Shown: positions 37,830-50,503 of the stretch, one piece after another
Layout of the letters: each line of letters begins with the position of its first letter
Numbering within the stretch: position 1 is the first letter of the stretch
Origin: Trichosphaerium sp. ATCC 40318
Lineage: Eukaryota; Protista; Tubulinea
Reading direction: 5' to 3'
DNA: 64,000 nucleotides
NCBI GenBank assembly: GCA_038496445.1
Contig: JALMLS010000064.1
Span: forward strand, 620,001-684,000
The notes under the pieces: generated by a model
Told to the model about the DNA's origin: nothing
The model's input: the letters and a program-made list of their open reading frames with translations, nothing else
The model's database searches: none
Program-made: the position numbers and the translations under genes

Positions 37830-40327
37830 ATGTCTGACGACGGTTGGCAAGTTGTTGAGCACAACAAAAAACGTAAGGAACGTGTAGCCAAAAAGCAAAA
37901 AGCGCAACAACAAGCGACAGAAGAGGAGGCACAGGCTATTGAGGCGAATGAGGCTCTTGAAAGACAAGAACAAGAGGTAAGTGTTAAATTTAGTTTTCGT
38001 GGTTCCTAAAACCCTACAATACAAATAAAACGAGGGCTACATAGCGATTTTAACAATTTAACGCTAATTAAATTCAGGCAAGGAAGAAAATGAACCTAGA
38101 CGCCTACACGCGCAGCGGTGGTGGTACGAAACCTAAGTAACAATGACAGTTCTAAAATTTCTAGTTGTCAAAACAAACCCAGCCGTTAATGACAATAATA
38201 TGTTCACCGCTTTAGCGAAGGAAAAGGTAACGCTTCACATATAAATTTAACCCAGCGTAAAAACTCAATCAAAAATTGAATAGGTCAAACAACCACTTCG
38301 CCCTGTTAAACCAAGAAATAAAGGGAACAAGAAGAAAAAAACGCCAGAGGTTTTTGATGCAGGTTGGAGTAAAAGTGCCACAGCGCAATTTGAAGAGCAA
38401 GTACAGCAGAAGAAAAAAGTAGTTCAGAAGCCTAAAGAGCAAAAGAAGCAAGCGTTATCAAAGAACACCGTCAATCAAGTTAAGGTAAGTTGCTAGGCCA
38501 CAGCAATTGTACCAGAGATGCTATTTAGTTTCTAATATTGTTGGTGTAGATAGTTGTAGAGAGCGTTCGTTTTATTATTGCTAGCGCCAACAGGCTAAAG
38601 GGCGACTTTGGCATTAAATTGAGGAAGTTCTCCGATGGTTTTTGTGGCATCTATGAGACAACTACTGATCATAGATTGCACAGTAAAGCTTCTCCATTCA
38701 AACAACTCAGTACGTAGTAGTGCTTCTTCGATTTTGACGTTTCTAATGTTGGAGTGTAGAGGATCTTTTTCAAAAATTTGCAAAGGTCGAGAAAGATGTT
38801 GTACCATTTTTTGAGACAAATATGGCTGAAACTCGAAAGTTTCTCGTTTTTATCTTGGATAAATATCTTAAATGTAGTGCGTAGATGTTACTCGTTTCAT
38901 TTTTTTTTTATACTTCGAAACAAGAAGCATGAAACTCATTCTCTGTCTCTCAGGTAATGACCAGTGTACTGGTATGCATGTTTTGTTTATCTACTTGGCA
39001 CATAAGTACCCAAAACTTGTCACAGAGAATTTGCCACGTATCAGAGAACTGCTTTTCGAGTACGTACTGATATTTGTAGACATAACCTTTACCATTTTTG
39101 TAGACCATCTAAAACAGAAAAATCACTTAATCTACTCGTGGAACTTGCTTGTAGTCAGCGTTCATGTGATGCCCTTCAATCCGCATATTGTATAGTAATC
39201 CTTCGCATACTCACCTTGCTAATATTGCTTAGTAACCCTTTCTCCACTCACTAAGCACCAACGTGATCTTGCGCAATATCCTAATCTCGAGTACTGTTTT
39301 AAAGCCCTACTAGAAGAATTAGCGTACGTATTTTAAGTCTTAGAGCTACTCTTAAGTGTATTTTAGGTCAAACGCTTCTGAGCTGACAGGCACCTTTACG
39401 AGAATTGAAGGTCTGCCAAAGAAGGTTTTCAGTAAAGGTAAAAGCAAGGAAATTGTACAAAGGAGAGCACTTGCGAAGGTTAGTTAATATCAAATGTTAT
39501 TTTGTTGTAGCTAACCTCTGATAAGGCGTATATGTACAAGGGACCACAGCACTACTTCTTAGATACTCTTAAGCGTGTATGCAAGGACGACAAAGATGAG
39601 GTACGATATAATTTTTGTTTTTCAAAACTCTTGAGTTGACCCTTGTTGTAGGCGTTACTTATTGTAAATAACATGTTGGCAAGTAATGATGAGTGCTGGA
39701 GTATATTCAAAAAAGAGTATAGCAATTACGTGGATGAAACGAATAACGCTCTTATCTATGTTACGCAACGTGCTTCAATTGCAAAATCAGTGAGTAATTT
39801 TTTTTTCTTTGCTTTGAATGTCACTTAAAGAATCGCAGGGATTGGACTCTGAACAACTTCAAACACTCCACACAAATATGTTAGATCTCAGTTCATACAT
39901 AGAAACGAATACTGAAGAGCTTGCTCGACGAAAAAAGGTAACTTGATCATTATCAATGTTTTTTTAAAGAAATTTAACTATACATCATCTCACACAGCAA
40001 TAGACTCCTTCTAATAAGAAAGAACAACTTAAATTCCTTGGTGAAACATGTGTACATGTCAAAAACGAAATAAGGGCTCTCGAGAAGAAGAACAAAAGCA
40101 AGAATGGAGAAGAGAGTTCAAGAGGATACTTGAAGCTATTCGTTTTATTTATTTTACTTGTTGTTGGTCTTTATTACACTCAACCTGAACTTTTCGAAGA
40201 CGCTATAACACAAGCCAATACTTTCGCTGTTGAAAATGGTATGGGCGGCTACATTGATCAAGCACGTGAGCTTGTAGAGCAAGGTCGTGACTTTGTAGAC
40301 AAACAATTTCCTGGTCTAATAAAATAA
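37830..40327 (+). CDS. TMEM214-like ER membrane protein, multi-exon
   Basis: N-terminal GWQVVEHNKK; GMHVLFIYLAHKYPKLVTENL; coiled coil followed by a single C-terminal TM (LKLFVLFILLVVGLYY). Confidence 0.55.
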
Positions 40328-40511
40328 ATGAAAATAAATGATTGCTACCTTCTTGTGGCAATTTTATGTAAATGGGGATGTAAATATATTTCAAAGTGAG
40401 TGTTCACGTGTTGCAGCAGGAATTGTTTGTAAAAAACATATCATTATGTGGCGCGATAAGCAACAAAACTAAACTTAACCCAAAATCAGATTAATCACCG
40501 GAGGAAGCCTT

Positions 40512-41599
40512 ATGAGTCTGGAATACGTATGTGTGGCGCAAGGACCCCACATTGTGGCGGAAAGCGGTAGAAAGGACGCCTTTTCAACGGCACTCAACAG
40601 GATCGTCTCTAAAGCGCGAAATGGTGAAACTAAATCGTACATGTACCAGGGGTACGCATGGGCTTTTTAATTGAGGTGTTATGAGTGACGCCGGCGCTAG
40701 ATACAAGTATAATTATATCAAAGCGGAGGGAAACACCTATCTATGTGTTACTACCGAAGAGTACAAAGCGAGAGTGGCATTTCAGTTCTTGAAGGGCATA
40801 CAAGATAAATTTCAAAGTTCTAGTGGCAAGCCTTCTAAGTTCTCTAAAGTGCTCGCACAGGAGCTTGTAAGTTGTGTTCGCGTATAATTAGTAACGCTTT
40901 TTTTTTTTTATCACAGGAAGACTATGCGGATCTTTCACGCGTTGATCAAACTACACGTATTATGGGCAAAATAGAGGGCGTCAAATCAGTCATGTTAGAC
41001 AATATCGGCACGAAAACAAAACTTTTAATTTAGCTCGTCACCTCCCTTACCCACTCTATAGATAACATGATGGAAAGGCATGAGCGCCTTGATGACTTAC
41101 AAGACAAGACGGCTCAATTAGATCAATCGGCGTTTGAATTTAGAAAAGATGCCAAAAAAATTAGAAAGATTTATTGGTGGAAGAATATGAAGATCACGTT
41201 AGTGCTTATTGCAGTCGTAATTGTACGTTATTTTCAATCAAAAAAAAACCAAAAAAATCGCTGCATCCTTTGGTTTTGACTCACGTCGTTTGGTAGGTTC
41301 TCATTTTCGTTATCGCATGGATTGCTTGTGGTATTACATTTGGTATGTTTACTATCAAAGAATTCTATCCTTCATTCTGTTTTTCAAATAAATCTGTTTG
41401 TAATACTTTACTAGGTAAGTGTAGACCTTCTGGAGGTTCATCGGGTGGCGGTGACTCGCCAATCGCACCTGTCGCTCCGATTGCCCCAACGGCACCTATT
41501 GCACCTGTTCCTCCTATTGCTCCGATTGCCCCAATTGCACCAATTGCGCCAACAGCAGTGCCTACGTTAGCGCCAACAGCACCTGTTGTACCATCATAA
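40512..41599 (+). CDS. VAMP7: VAMP7-like longin R-SNARE with Pro-rich C-terminal extension
   Basis: Longin domain (YLCVTTEEYKARVAFQFL), synaptobrevin motif VMLDNID.MMERHERLDDLQDKT...FRK.AKKIRKIYWWKNMK, TM, then IACG..F.KC. Confidence 0.88.
41455..41596 (+). repeat. Coding (PIA/PVA/PTA)n tripeptide repeat
   Basis: SPIAPVAPIAPTAPIAPVPPIAPIAPIAPIAPTAVPTLAPTAPVVPS*. Confidence 0.9.
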
Positions 41600-41867
41600 A
41601 AATGTCCATAGTGTTTTATAAATAAAGCTGATTCTTTGTTTGTACATCAATGTTATTATTGGCCTTTGGTTGATCAAGAAAAAACTCAACCTACTGTTAA
41701 ATTCTGTCTTGTGTCCGCGTAGAACAAGCTTTGTTATCAAAGAAGCTAAGTAAGTGTCAAAATCTGAAAAATCTAAAGTAAACGGCTTTCTCAAATCAGT
41801 TTCATTTTACCGCCACCACAATCACAGCACGACAGCCTAGTTGTTGGTGTTGAAATATACACGCAAA

Positions 41868-42769
41868 ATGATGAATCTCAATGATTTAGGTACAGATTAC
41901 CGCAAACGTTACTAAAACGCGCTTTCGTATAGATATGGAGTCAATTAATAAAAGAATCATTTTAAACGAGGACCAATTGACGTTTTGCTTGACAAAATAC
42001 GCAGGCATGATTAAGGGCATCGCCGAGAGCGATATGGAACTAGCCTCTAAAAGCTAGTGCGTATTTGAGTATTTTCGTTAATAGTACACTAATTGTACGC
42101 AGTAATGGCACCAAGGCATCACTGGAGGAACTATTGTTTCAATTAAACAAAACAGACCCTATTGTCAACGCCCTAGTGTCAGATGCATCACATTACGAAG
42201 ACAAATGCACCCAAAAGCGTATGGCATTGTATTGAACATACCTAAGAACAAACTGATTTTGGGTAGAGAACGCAATTAGAAAATTAAAACAAGATGTCAT
42301 ACAACTACGACTGGACCTCGATAAGTCAATGGCGAGACGAAAACGAAAAGAGGAATACGCTCAACTGAGTGCAATTGTAAATAAATTTCCAAAACGTTCA
42401 GACACTCAAAAGTACGCCCTACACAAAAGAATCTATCCTAACATTCTTCACAGAGAAATAGATGAACTTCGCGAAGAACTTGAAACGGTTGAGCGCACTC
42501 ACAATGAAGTGACAGGCAAGGTTGACAAACGAGGAAAACAGATGCAACTCTTATTTTACGCATTGGGTAAGTTGCAACTGAGACTACAAACTTTCAGTTG
42601 CTAACATAACGTTACAGGTATGCTCGAAGACCAACTATTGGAAGAGAAAAAGGAAGAAGAACGAGAAGCACGTGAACGTGCTTTACAAAGTCAACGTGCT
42701 AAAATTAAATCTGATGGCATGGATATTGATAAACCTGACGTCGAGGACGCTATGGATGTAGACAAATAA
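41868..42769 (+). CDS. THOC7: THO complex subunit 7
   Basis: RKRKEEYAQLSAIVNKFPKRSDTQ...KRGKQMQLLFYAL coiled-coil signature. Confidence 0.75.
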
Positions 42770-42899
42770 AAAATGTGAAAAATAAAATTACGCTATTACA
42801 TATAATTTACCAACATTTCGGAATGAGCGAGTATATGAACTAGTGAAATACAGAAGAGGCTTTATTCATTTTTTTGGTTTTTTTCAATTTATGAATAAT

Positions 42900-43882
42900 T
42901 TAGAATACCATCTTGTGAGGGTGTTGGTTACGCATAAGTGTGAATCGCGTAGCCAAGTATTCCTTCAAATGAGGGACACCTTCAACAATAGGGACGAGTT
43001 GTGCGTCAATTTTAGCCTGAACCTTCTTGTATTCTTCTGTTGTTTTAGGCTATTAAAAAACGTTAATTTTTGAACAGTTAGGAAGCCTCGGAAGAGTAGA
43101 ATTGAAAAAATACAAAAAAAACCTTTCACCAAAAATAAAAATTGTGAGTGTTATTTACCTGTGGGCGTTTGGCGTCTTCGCCTTCGAGGAAGTCCTCTGA
43201 GCTCTTCTCTGGCATCCTGCTGGCGGCCTTTTTGAAAAAGCTTTCCTTCTCGAGTTCTTCAGGGAGGTTGAATTTAGCGAGGTCGACGCATGTTTTGGTA
43301 GCGATGAGAAATTTTTGTGCGACACGGGTGATTGGGACTTTGTTAACAGAGTATGGTCCTATTTGAGCGTTTTAGAGCGATAATATGGTTATTGGAGGTG
43401 AAAAAAGGCGCGTTGGAGGCCATACAAAAGAGCATTAGAAACTTTTTCTCAATTATACGCTGATAAACATAATTCGTTGTGTATACGCCGTGAGTAGAGT
43501 ATAACGTACCAGTTACAAGACAAAAGCCTGATTGGCCGATCTGGTTGTAAGCCTTCAAGACAATAGCGCGTTTTGCCTTCCATTTACCGTGAAGGATAAT
43601 GACAACGGTACCAGGTTGAAGGGATTTTCTCACTTTTGGTGCGTTGAGTTTGCCAGAGCGTTTTCTTCTACGCCTGTTGTTGAGCTCCAATGGTGCCCAC
43701 TTGGTGAGTTTGTTTTTCTTGGTGACTTCTTCGCCATCCTTATCAACAAAAGTTGCACCGTTCTCGTCAACTTCCATAGGACCGACATCAGCCAATATGT
43801 CGTTCTTGTACTTAGCCCAAGCTGAATCTGTTGCGAGTGAGCAAAAACGTCGAATAGAAGCGAATCGTGTACCTCCAGACAT
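42900..43882 (-). CDS. RPL6: 60S ribosomal protein L6 (eL6)
   Basis: RKSLQPGTVVIILHGKWKAKRAIVLK, LVTG|PYSVNKVPITRVAQKFLIATKT, YLATRFTL...PHKMVF*. Confidence 0.93.
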
Positions 43883-44006
43883 TTTTAGTGTATTTTTCTA
43901 TATAACGAGAACGTTAGTTGTGGAAAGAGATTGTATTGAAAGAACGATCCAATATTCTGCCTTATTTAAGTACAACACTCGCTTAACGTTTTCAGCAAAA
44001 TTCTTC

Positions 44007-45505
44007 ATGTTACGCCGCTTATCAGGCCCTAAGCAGGCAGAAGAGCTCTTACAAGCCATGTCTACGCTTGTGTACGATGTTAGGCTAGGTAGGTTCGTTT
44101 CCATCTTATACAAGCTGTAACTTACTTTCGTAGCGTGCCTCATGTAGTAACACTCCCCATTGCGTCACAAGAAATGGTTCTTATGAGAATTTGGGCTAAT
44201 GTAGCTCTGTTTCGCAAAGAAGTCCTAAACGAATTCATCACAGTGTATTGGCACGCAACACACGAACCGGCGGTAAAATTGTTTTTGTCACGTTTTACAC
44301 CACCCGCTATTAAGCTGGAGCCTCAATTTACGAGCGCTGAATGCGTGCAAATATTAAATGGGCTAACTCATCTTGATGACACCTTACAAAATAAGTCAAC
44401 GAAGCCAAACGAAAATGTTATTGATTTGGTGTACGACGACGAAGAACCTGCAAGCGAAGTAGCTCATCAAGTCTCACAAGCATCACAAGACTCTGTGGAT
44501 GTAGTAATGACAGAAGCTGTCGAGTTGGTACAACGTAGTATAGTATATAACCGCCACTAACAGTTTTGCAATAGAAGGAAACAAGTGAATTATCAGAAGA
44601 AGTTAAAGCTATTCTATCAGAGTTAAAATCACAGCTATTCGATACACATCAAGATTCTTCTCAGGCATCTCAAAGCTCAAGACCTATCATTGATTTATCT
44701 ATACTCACAACAATCGACAATGTACGCCAACTACACCAAAAGTAGTACTTACATATTTTTTTTAAGGTAGCCGAAGCTTGTAAGTTTCTCTCTTTGGACA
44801 AGCTTTCTGATGTTGATTTATCTACTGTTTGTAAGACATTCGTTACACCTTCACTCAGCTATAATATTTGCAAGACTTTCTTATCTTATGCTATTCTACC
44901 AAAATCACAAGCGTTGGAGTTCAAAGCGTCAAGGATATTTGAATCAACTATTCATTATTGTGCTAAAGAGCATCCTAAGGCTGTAATAGACGGCGTTTTA
45001 CTTCCTCTGGCAAAGTGCGCATCTTCTGGTACGTACTGCTTTAACAACCAAACAGAGGTGCTTACCTTCAATTATTAGGCGTTGTACAAGCTGAGATTGT
45101 TTGTCGTGTTGTCACAAAGGTGTTAGAATCACAGGACGTGAAGATAGGCTTCTTGAGGTATACACTTGTCAAGACTACTCATGTTTATTCAGTGCTAGGT
45201 CTCTTATAGGCCCGCAGAATACACCTCAGATGACTTTAATGTCTATTGAGATAGTACAACGTATTATTAATTTACGTCTTCCTTTGGAACAGCAGTTGAT
45301 AGATACTCTAGTATCAGTCCTACAGTTCAATGTGGATTCTTTTGCAAAAGAAAAAAAATTCACTATGCTCATCCTACATGTCGTTCGCAAATACAAAACA
45401 CTAATTAAACCGCACGCAGAAGAGTTGCTGCAAGTTTTGGATTGTTGCGAAAATAATTATGTAACAATGACAAAACGATGCCTGACGGATATGCTAAAAG
45501 AGTGA
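44007..45505 (+). CDS. FANCE: Fanconi anaemia group E protein homologue
   Basis: PSLSYNICKTFL...ASRIFESTI..CAKEHP..VIDGVLLP...QAEIVC and FAKEKKFTMLILHVVRKY match the FANCE C-terminal domain pattern. Confidence 0.7.
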
Positions 45506-45701
45506 TGGAGATACTGGATTGCTAGATTGCAAGGTGAGAAGGGTTTTTTATCGCCTTACAAAATTGAAGAGAATCGGAGAAAATTGGAATCAGGCCCTAC
45601 ATTGAGGATGGCGTGCATACTCGTTTGTGCGCGTGGTCTTATTATGGCTTAAATTGTGTTGTTTTTTCTAAACATCACAAAAACCGCTAGTCGTGTACAA
45701 C

Positions 45702-48309
45702 ATGTCGCGCGTTTTGATTACTTTACTTTTGGTTGGTGTTATCGCTGTAACAGTACAGTGTAAAGAGGACTACTGTCAATCAGACGCTGATTGTGTAGCT
45801 GATAACCGCTTTCCAAATGCTAGATTTTGTATGCGTGACTGTGACTCAAACGATGTGTAAGTAGACCATTTACAACCCCTTTTTACAAAATTATTTTTTG
45901 ACTAATTAAAAAAAACGTGATTAAAATGCCTAATATCGTTTTAATCTTTGTAACCTTGTATTTATTTATTTTGCGCTAGTGAATCTGCATGTTTTGACGG
46001 TCCAGTCGGCGATTGTTGTGGTTGTACAAAAGACGGCAACTTATGGAGATGCGCTGGTTGTGTACCTGGCCAGGTGAGCTCTTTCGGAAACTTCTAAACC
46101 AATCGTTTTTTTTTTGTTTATTTTTTGGTTTAGAGATGCACTTCAGGCGGTGGATGCGAGTCTGTCCCACCTACTACACTCCCACCAACGCGTCCGGCAT
46201 CATCTACTATCAAGTTCAAGCTCTCAAGCGTAACACTATCAGACAATCTTGAAAGTGAAATCATCGCTGGTCTTGCTACCTACTTGTCAGTACCAGAGGA
46301 CACGTAAGGAGTATCTTTTTTTTTTTTTTTTGTTCAAGTACTAATGAAAAATCAAAGGTTTACTAATTTCCGTGCTGTTCAAGTCGGTGATGATGTTATC
46401 ATTGACCTTGATATTCTTAATTCTGCCGGTGGTATGACACCAAGCGATATTGCTACGAGTATTAAAGATAGCGTACGATAGCTCTGTCTTGCTTTAAACG
46501 ATAAGCTAGTTAACTAATAAGGATGTTTTAGTTTGCGGATCCAATGAGTGTTCTTTTAACACAAGCCACTGCTGATATGTCAACGTTGGCCAGTGTATGT
46601 ATATTACAACCTGCAGTTGATGTAGAGCAAAATTATTCATATTTTTTTTTCAGGTTGACACAGCCTTCCCTGTTGAAGCTTCTATTCCACCACCAGCTCT
46701 ATCTGTTGCTTTGAACTTCCCTATGACAATGCTTGGTACATTTTTTTATTAAAGAGGGCTGAATGAAGCAGAGAAAGCCAAAGACATTCAATTGCTTGTT
46801 TTTCGTTTTTTTGATATTCATACTTTTTTTTAAAGGAGACGGTACTGGCGATACAATTACAAAGGCTGATTTTGAAAATGGTTTGAAGTCCGAAATAGCA
46901 GTTGCTTTAGGATTAGATCCAGATACGTAAGGAGTTTGTATTTTTAGGATTTTTGTGTTGTATTCTTTCTCACAAGTATTTATTCTTTGTTTAGAATTAC
47001 TAATGTTGTAGCAACACAAGACGGTGAGAATGTTCGCGTGGACTTTGAGATTGACTCTCCAAGCGGCACTTGTATGAATGATATTATTTTTTAGACTCCA
47101 TCAATAATGTTATCATAGTTGGAAGTACCTCAGAGATTGTTGACCAATTGACTGCCGATGTAAGTTAATAGTCTGTTTTTTCATATTTTTAATATCTACC
47201 AAGATTCAAGATCCAAACAGCGAGCTAATCAAAAACAGTGCAAATGCTGGAAGCGTTTTTAAATTCGTTGGCAAGGACGGTCCTCAAACAGGCGTTCTAC
47301 CTGAGCCTACAGATGTAGCGTTCCGCTTAAGCAACGTTACACTTGGTGCGTCACTATTAGCCTTTTTTATTTTGTTTATTTTTGTTGTTAATTAAACTAA
47401 GGTGACGGCACTGGTGGTACTGTAACAGAAGAAGAGATCAAAATGAAAGTAATCGATGAACTCGTTGCTGGCGTTCCTCTTGACAGAGAAGATATTGAAA
47501 ATATCGAACTTATTGATGACGGTGATGGTGTTAAGGTTGTTGTCTTTTTACCTGCAGACGAAGCTACAAACTTGAATGATGCGGTAACTTAATCTAATTT
47601 TTTATTATTATCTCCTGACTTAACATAGTTGGTTAATCCAAGCAGCAAGCTCAACACTGATGCAAAAGCAAACCCAGATAGCGCACTTGGAGACTTAGAT
47701 CCAGACTTTGTACCTGTTGTAAACACCCCAGAACCAACAGAAGATGTTACCTTTAGGATCAGCGATACTACAGGTAAAAATACTTTTCTGAACGTTAGAA
47801 ACAAGTAGTAACTCATAAAGGTTTGACGGATAATGATATCAAGATGAAACTACCTGATGAAATAGCTACCGGTTTAGGTATTGATCCTAGCACGTACGTC
47901 TATTTGTACAATTTTTTTTTAGTTCCACATGTTTTAAAATATTTTGTGTAGCATCGCAAATGTTCGTGTGGAACCTGATGGTGATGGAGCACTTGTTACT
48001 TTCACTATTACACAACCAAGTGGAACATTCAACAGCAATGAAGAAATAGCAGATAAAATTATAACCGAGGTACACCAAACTCTACACAAAAGTCTTTTTT
48101 TTTTTTTGTTTGATTGATTGATTAACATATTTTTCTAGCTTCAAGATCCTAACTCAGACCTTCTGACTGGCGCACAAGGTGGTAGCGTTCTAAGTAAAAC
48201 TGATACTGACTACTCTCCACCAACCCCAGAACCTTCTTCTGGTGCCACAAACTTCAACTTTTTGTTTGTTGCAGCAATCGCTCTATTTGCGATCATTTTA
48301 TTACATTAA
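45702..48309 (+). CDS. Predicted GPI-anchored surface protein: signal peptide, Cys-rich N-domain, four SEA-like repeats
   Basis: Signal MSRVLITLLLVGVIAVTVQC; Cys-rich exons; four repeats (EIA.GLG.D...I.NV....DG..V.V.F.I...LQDPNS.L); terminal SSGATNFNFLFVAAIALFAIILLH*. Confidence 0.75.
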
Positions 48310-48385
48310 AACAACAAAAAAATGGATCTAGACAATTACAAAAAAATCTTTAGCATCTTTTTTTGTTTTGTTTGTTTGTATGAAC

Positions 48386-49895
48386 TCAACCTCTTGCGAG
48401 CATTATGAGTACAATAAAGTTTATCATTAGCATAGTAAAAGCCCAAAGAGCAATAGTACCAAATATCAAACGTTGATTAGTAGTACTACTCAAGAAACCT
48501 TGATTATTGTTCGTTTTTGATAAAGTCAATTCGCGTAGATGAGCAACTTCTTTTTCAAGTTGATCCAATCTTCCTTTATTATATGCTGCTGTAGCTAAAT
48601 CTTTGTCTGGTTTTGTGCTATTATCAGGAAGTGATATTTGTTTATGTGTTAGTGTTTGTTTACGTGTTTCTCGCGTAAACACTTGTTTTGAATTAGATAG
48701 AGGAGGAACAACAGTTCGCTGTTTTGGTTGTTTCGGATGTTTTGGCTTTGTTTGCGTGTCAGCCACAAGATCTTTTGTTACTGTGGTTGGTTGAACTACT
48801 TTTGGTACTGGTTGTGGTTCCTCTACAACTGGTTTTGGTACACTCTCTGTTGGTGTATCCGCATTCTCTTCAGTATTTGTTGATTCCTCAAGGCTCTTAG
48901 TCTTAACGAACTCAGCAATATCAAGCGATGTAGAAGCAACCTTGTACAGGGGAGAATCTTGTCTACAAACGCATTAATAAAGCAACAACGCAAGTCCTCC
49001 CCATCCTAAGCACCCTTGACAACTTTCAACAATACGTACCTACTAAAAGCGTGTTCTTCTACAGTTTCGGATTTAGCGATGATCTTTGGTTCGCTTCCAA
49101 TGCTTACAACTTGTCTAGCTATCCTAAACCATTCTACATAACCATCTTTTGCACTTGCCAATGTTTGTCGCTCTATTGTACCACCTAGGATCCATGGCTT
49201 GTCTATAAAGTGAACACCAACACCTATTTGTAGTTTACAGCTAATCGAGGACAATGACATTAGCGATCTTGATCTCGAGTAAAGGTGTTAGCTTACGCGT
49301 CCTTATTCACTGCTGCAATCGAGATTTTTGCTTGTAATCGGAATGTTGTTCCGTAAGGAACGTCTGGAGTTGAAGCAGACGTCAATAGAACGCATGAGTC
49401 AGGAGCTTTTGTGAGTTGTTGACATTCAATAAGTTTTGTATAAGGCGGAATACCAGGCACATGAATATTGCTAATTGCGTTTGTTTTAGCGTAAACATGT
49501 TTAGTTGGTTGTATCGTACGGTACTTTAATAGAAGCTGTTATTACGCGAGCGTATACTTCATCATCTGTACTGTTAGGTGCTAGAATCCACGGAGTGATT
49601 TGTACCTGTATAAAAGTAGGTTGTACATACACAAAGCTGATATTCGTACGTCTTCGTCGTGCCGTTGGCTGTGGAACTTCTGTAAGAATTGTGAAGCATC
49701 TGGAGCGCGTTTAGCGAAACGTTTCAAAAATACAGTTGAACTTACCCGCAAAAAGATATCTGTAGCAACGGTCGTACGACCCCGAAATTATTTGCGGTTT
49801 AGCCTTTGTTAAAATGTCAACCTTTTATTCCGTTGAAAAAAGCGTACAAACACATTCGTTAGATTCACTGTATCGCTCCAAACGAATGCAGCCAT
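48386..49895 (-). CDS. VASt/StARkin sterol-transfer domain protein with C-terminal TM
   Basis: TSASTPDVPYGTTFRL...CKLQIGVGVHFIDKPWILGGTIERQT; TM LIFGTIALWAFTMLMINFIVLIML. Confidence 0.75.
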
Positions 49896-50094
49896 TTACA
49901 CCTTATTAGCGCTCTTGACAAATAGTTCTTTTTCGGAGGAAGTGTCGGTTTACCTGGTTGTCGTAGTATACAGGTACTACACAGCGTAAACCTATTTAAG
50001 AATAAGTTAATACCCTTTTGACGCATGTGGACTTTAATGCCAATATGCAGCTAACATTGAATCCATCATAAAAGGTGCTTGGATTGTGAAATAC

Positions 50095-50390
50095 TTGAGC
50101 TTTCATTCACGTGTTTGTTTAGGCATAGTCTCTATGGAAGCGTTTCTACCACAGGTTACTTGTCGCGTTATTCACAAAGACGGTTCATGGTGTACCTTCC
50201 TTAAACGCCTGCATTGTTTGCAACGCTAGTGTGGCTTAGAATTAGGGCTATTGGATTGCAATGGTAGAGAAGACTTAGTAGTTTCATGAACTGAGCTGAT
50301 AATTGTCTTTGTACTCCCTTCAATATCACGTGCTTCTTATATTCCGATGGAATGAATTCTATACCTGGTTATTATAGTGTTGTTTTTTTA
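50095..50390. pseudogene. Decayed duplicate of the H-lectin 3' exons and of a piece of the repeat-nuclease gene
   Basis: TTTCATTCACGTGTTTGTTTAG, GACGGTTCATGG.GTACCTTCCTTAAA and GCTTAGAATTAGGG recur at 50872-51033. CAATATCACGTGCTTC.TATATTCC recurs at ~51692-51718. Confidence 0.8.
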
Positions 50391-50503
50391 TAATAACAAC
50401 AATCTGTGCTGTGTAAACTCTGTACTGCTTTTTTGTTTGAAACTGTTGGACGTAAAGTCCCAAATAGTCTTCATACAGCGCCAGTTCCTTCAAAACATAC
50501 GTT

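Noticed and set aside
43532-44143. Long antisense/overlapping ORFs (here and opposite the MORN, F-box and YjjX genes)
   Set aside because: Shadow ORFs of real coding sequence on the other strand.
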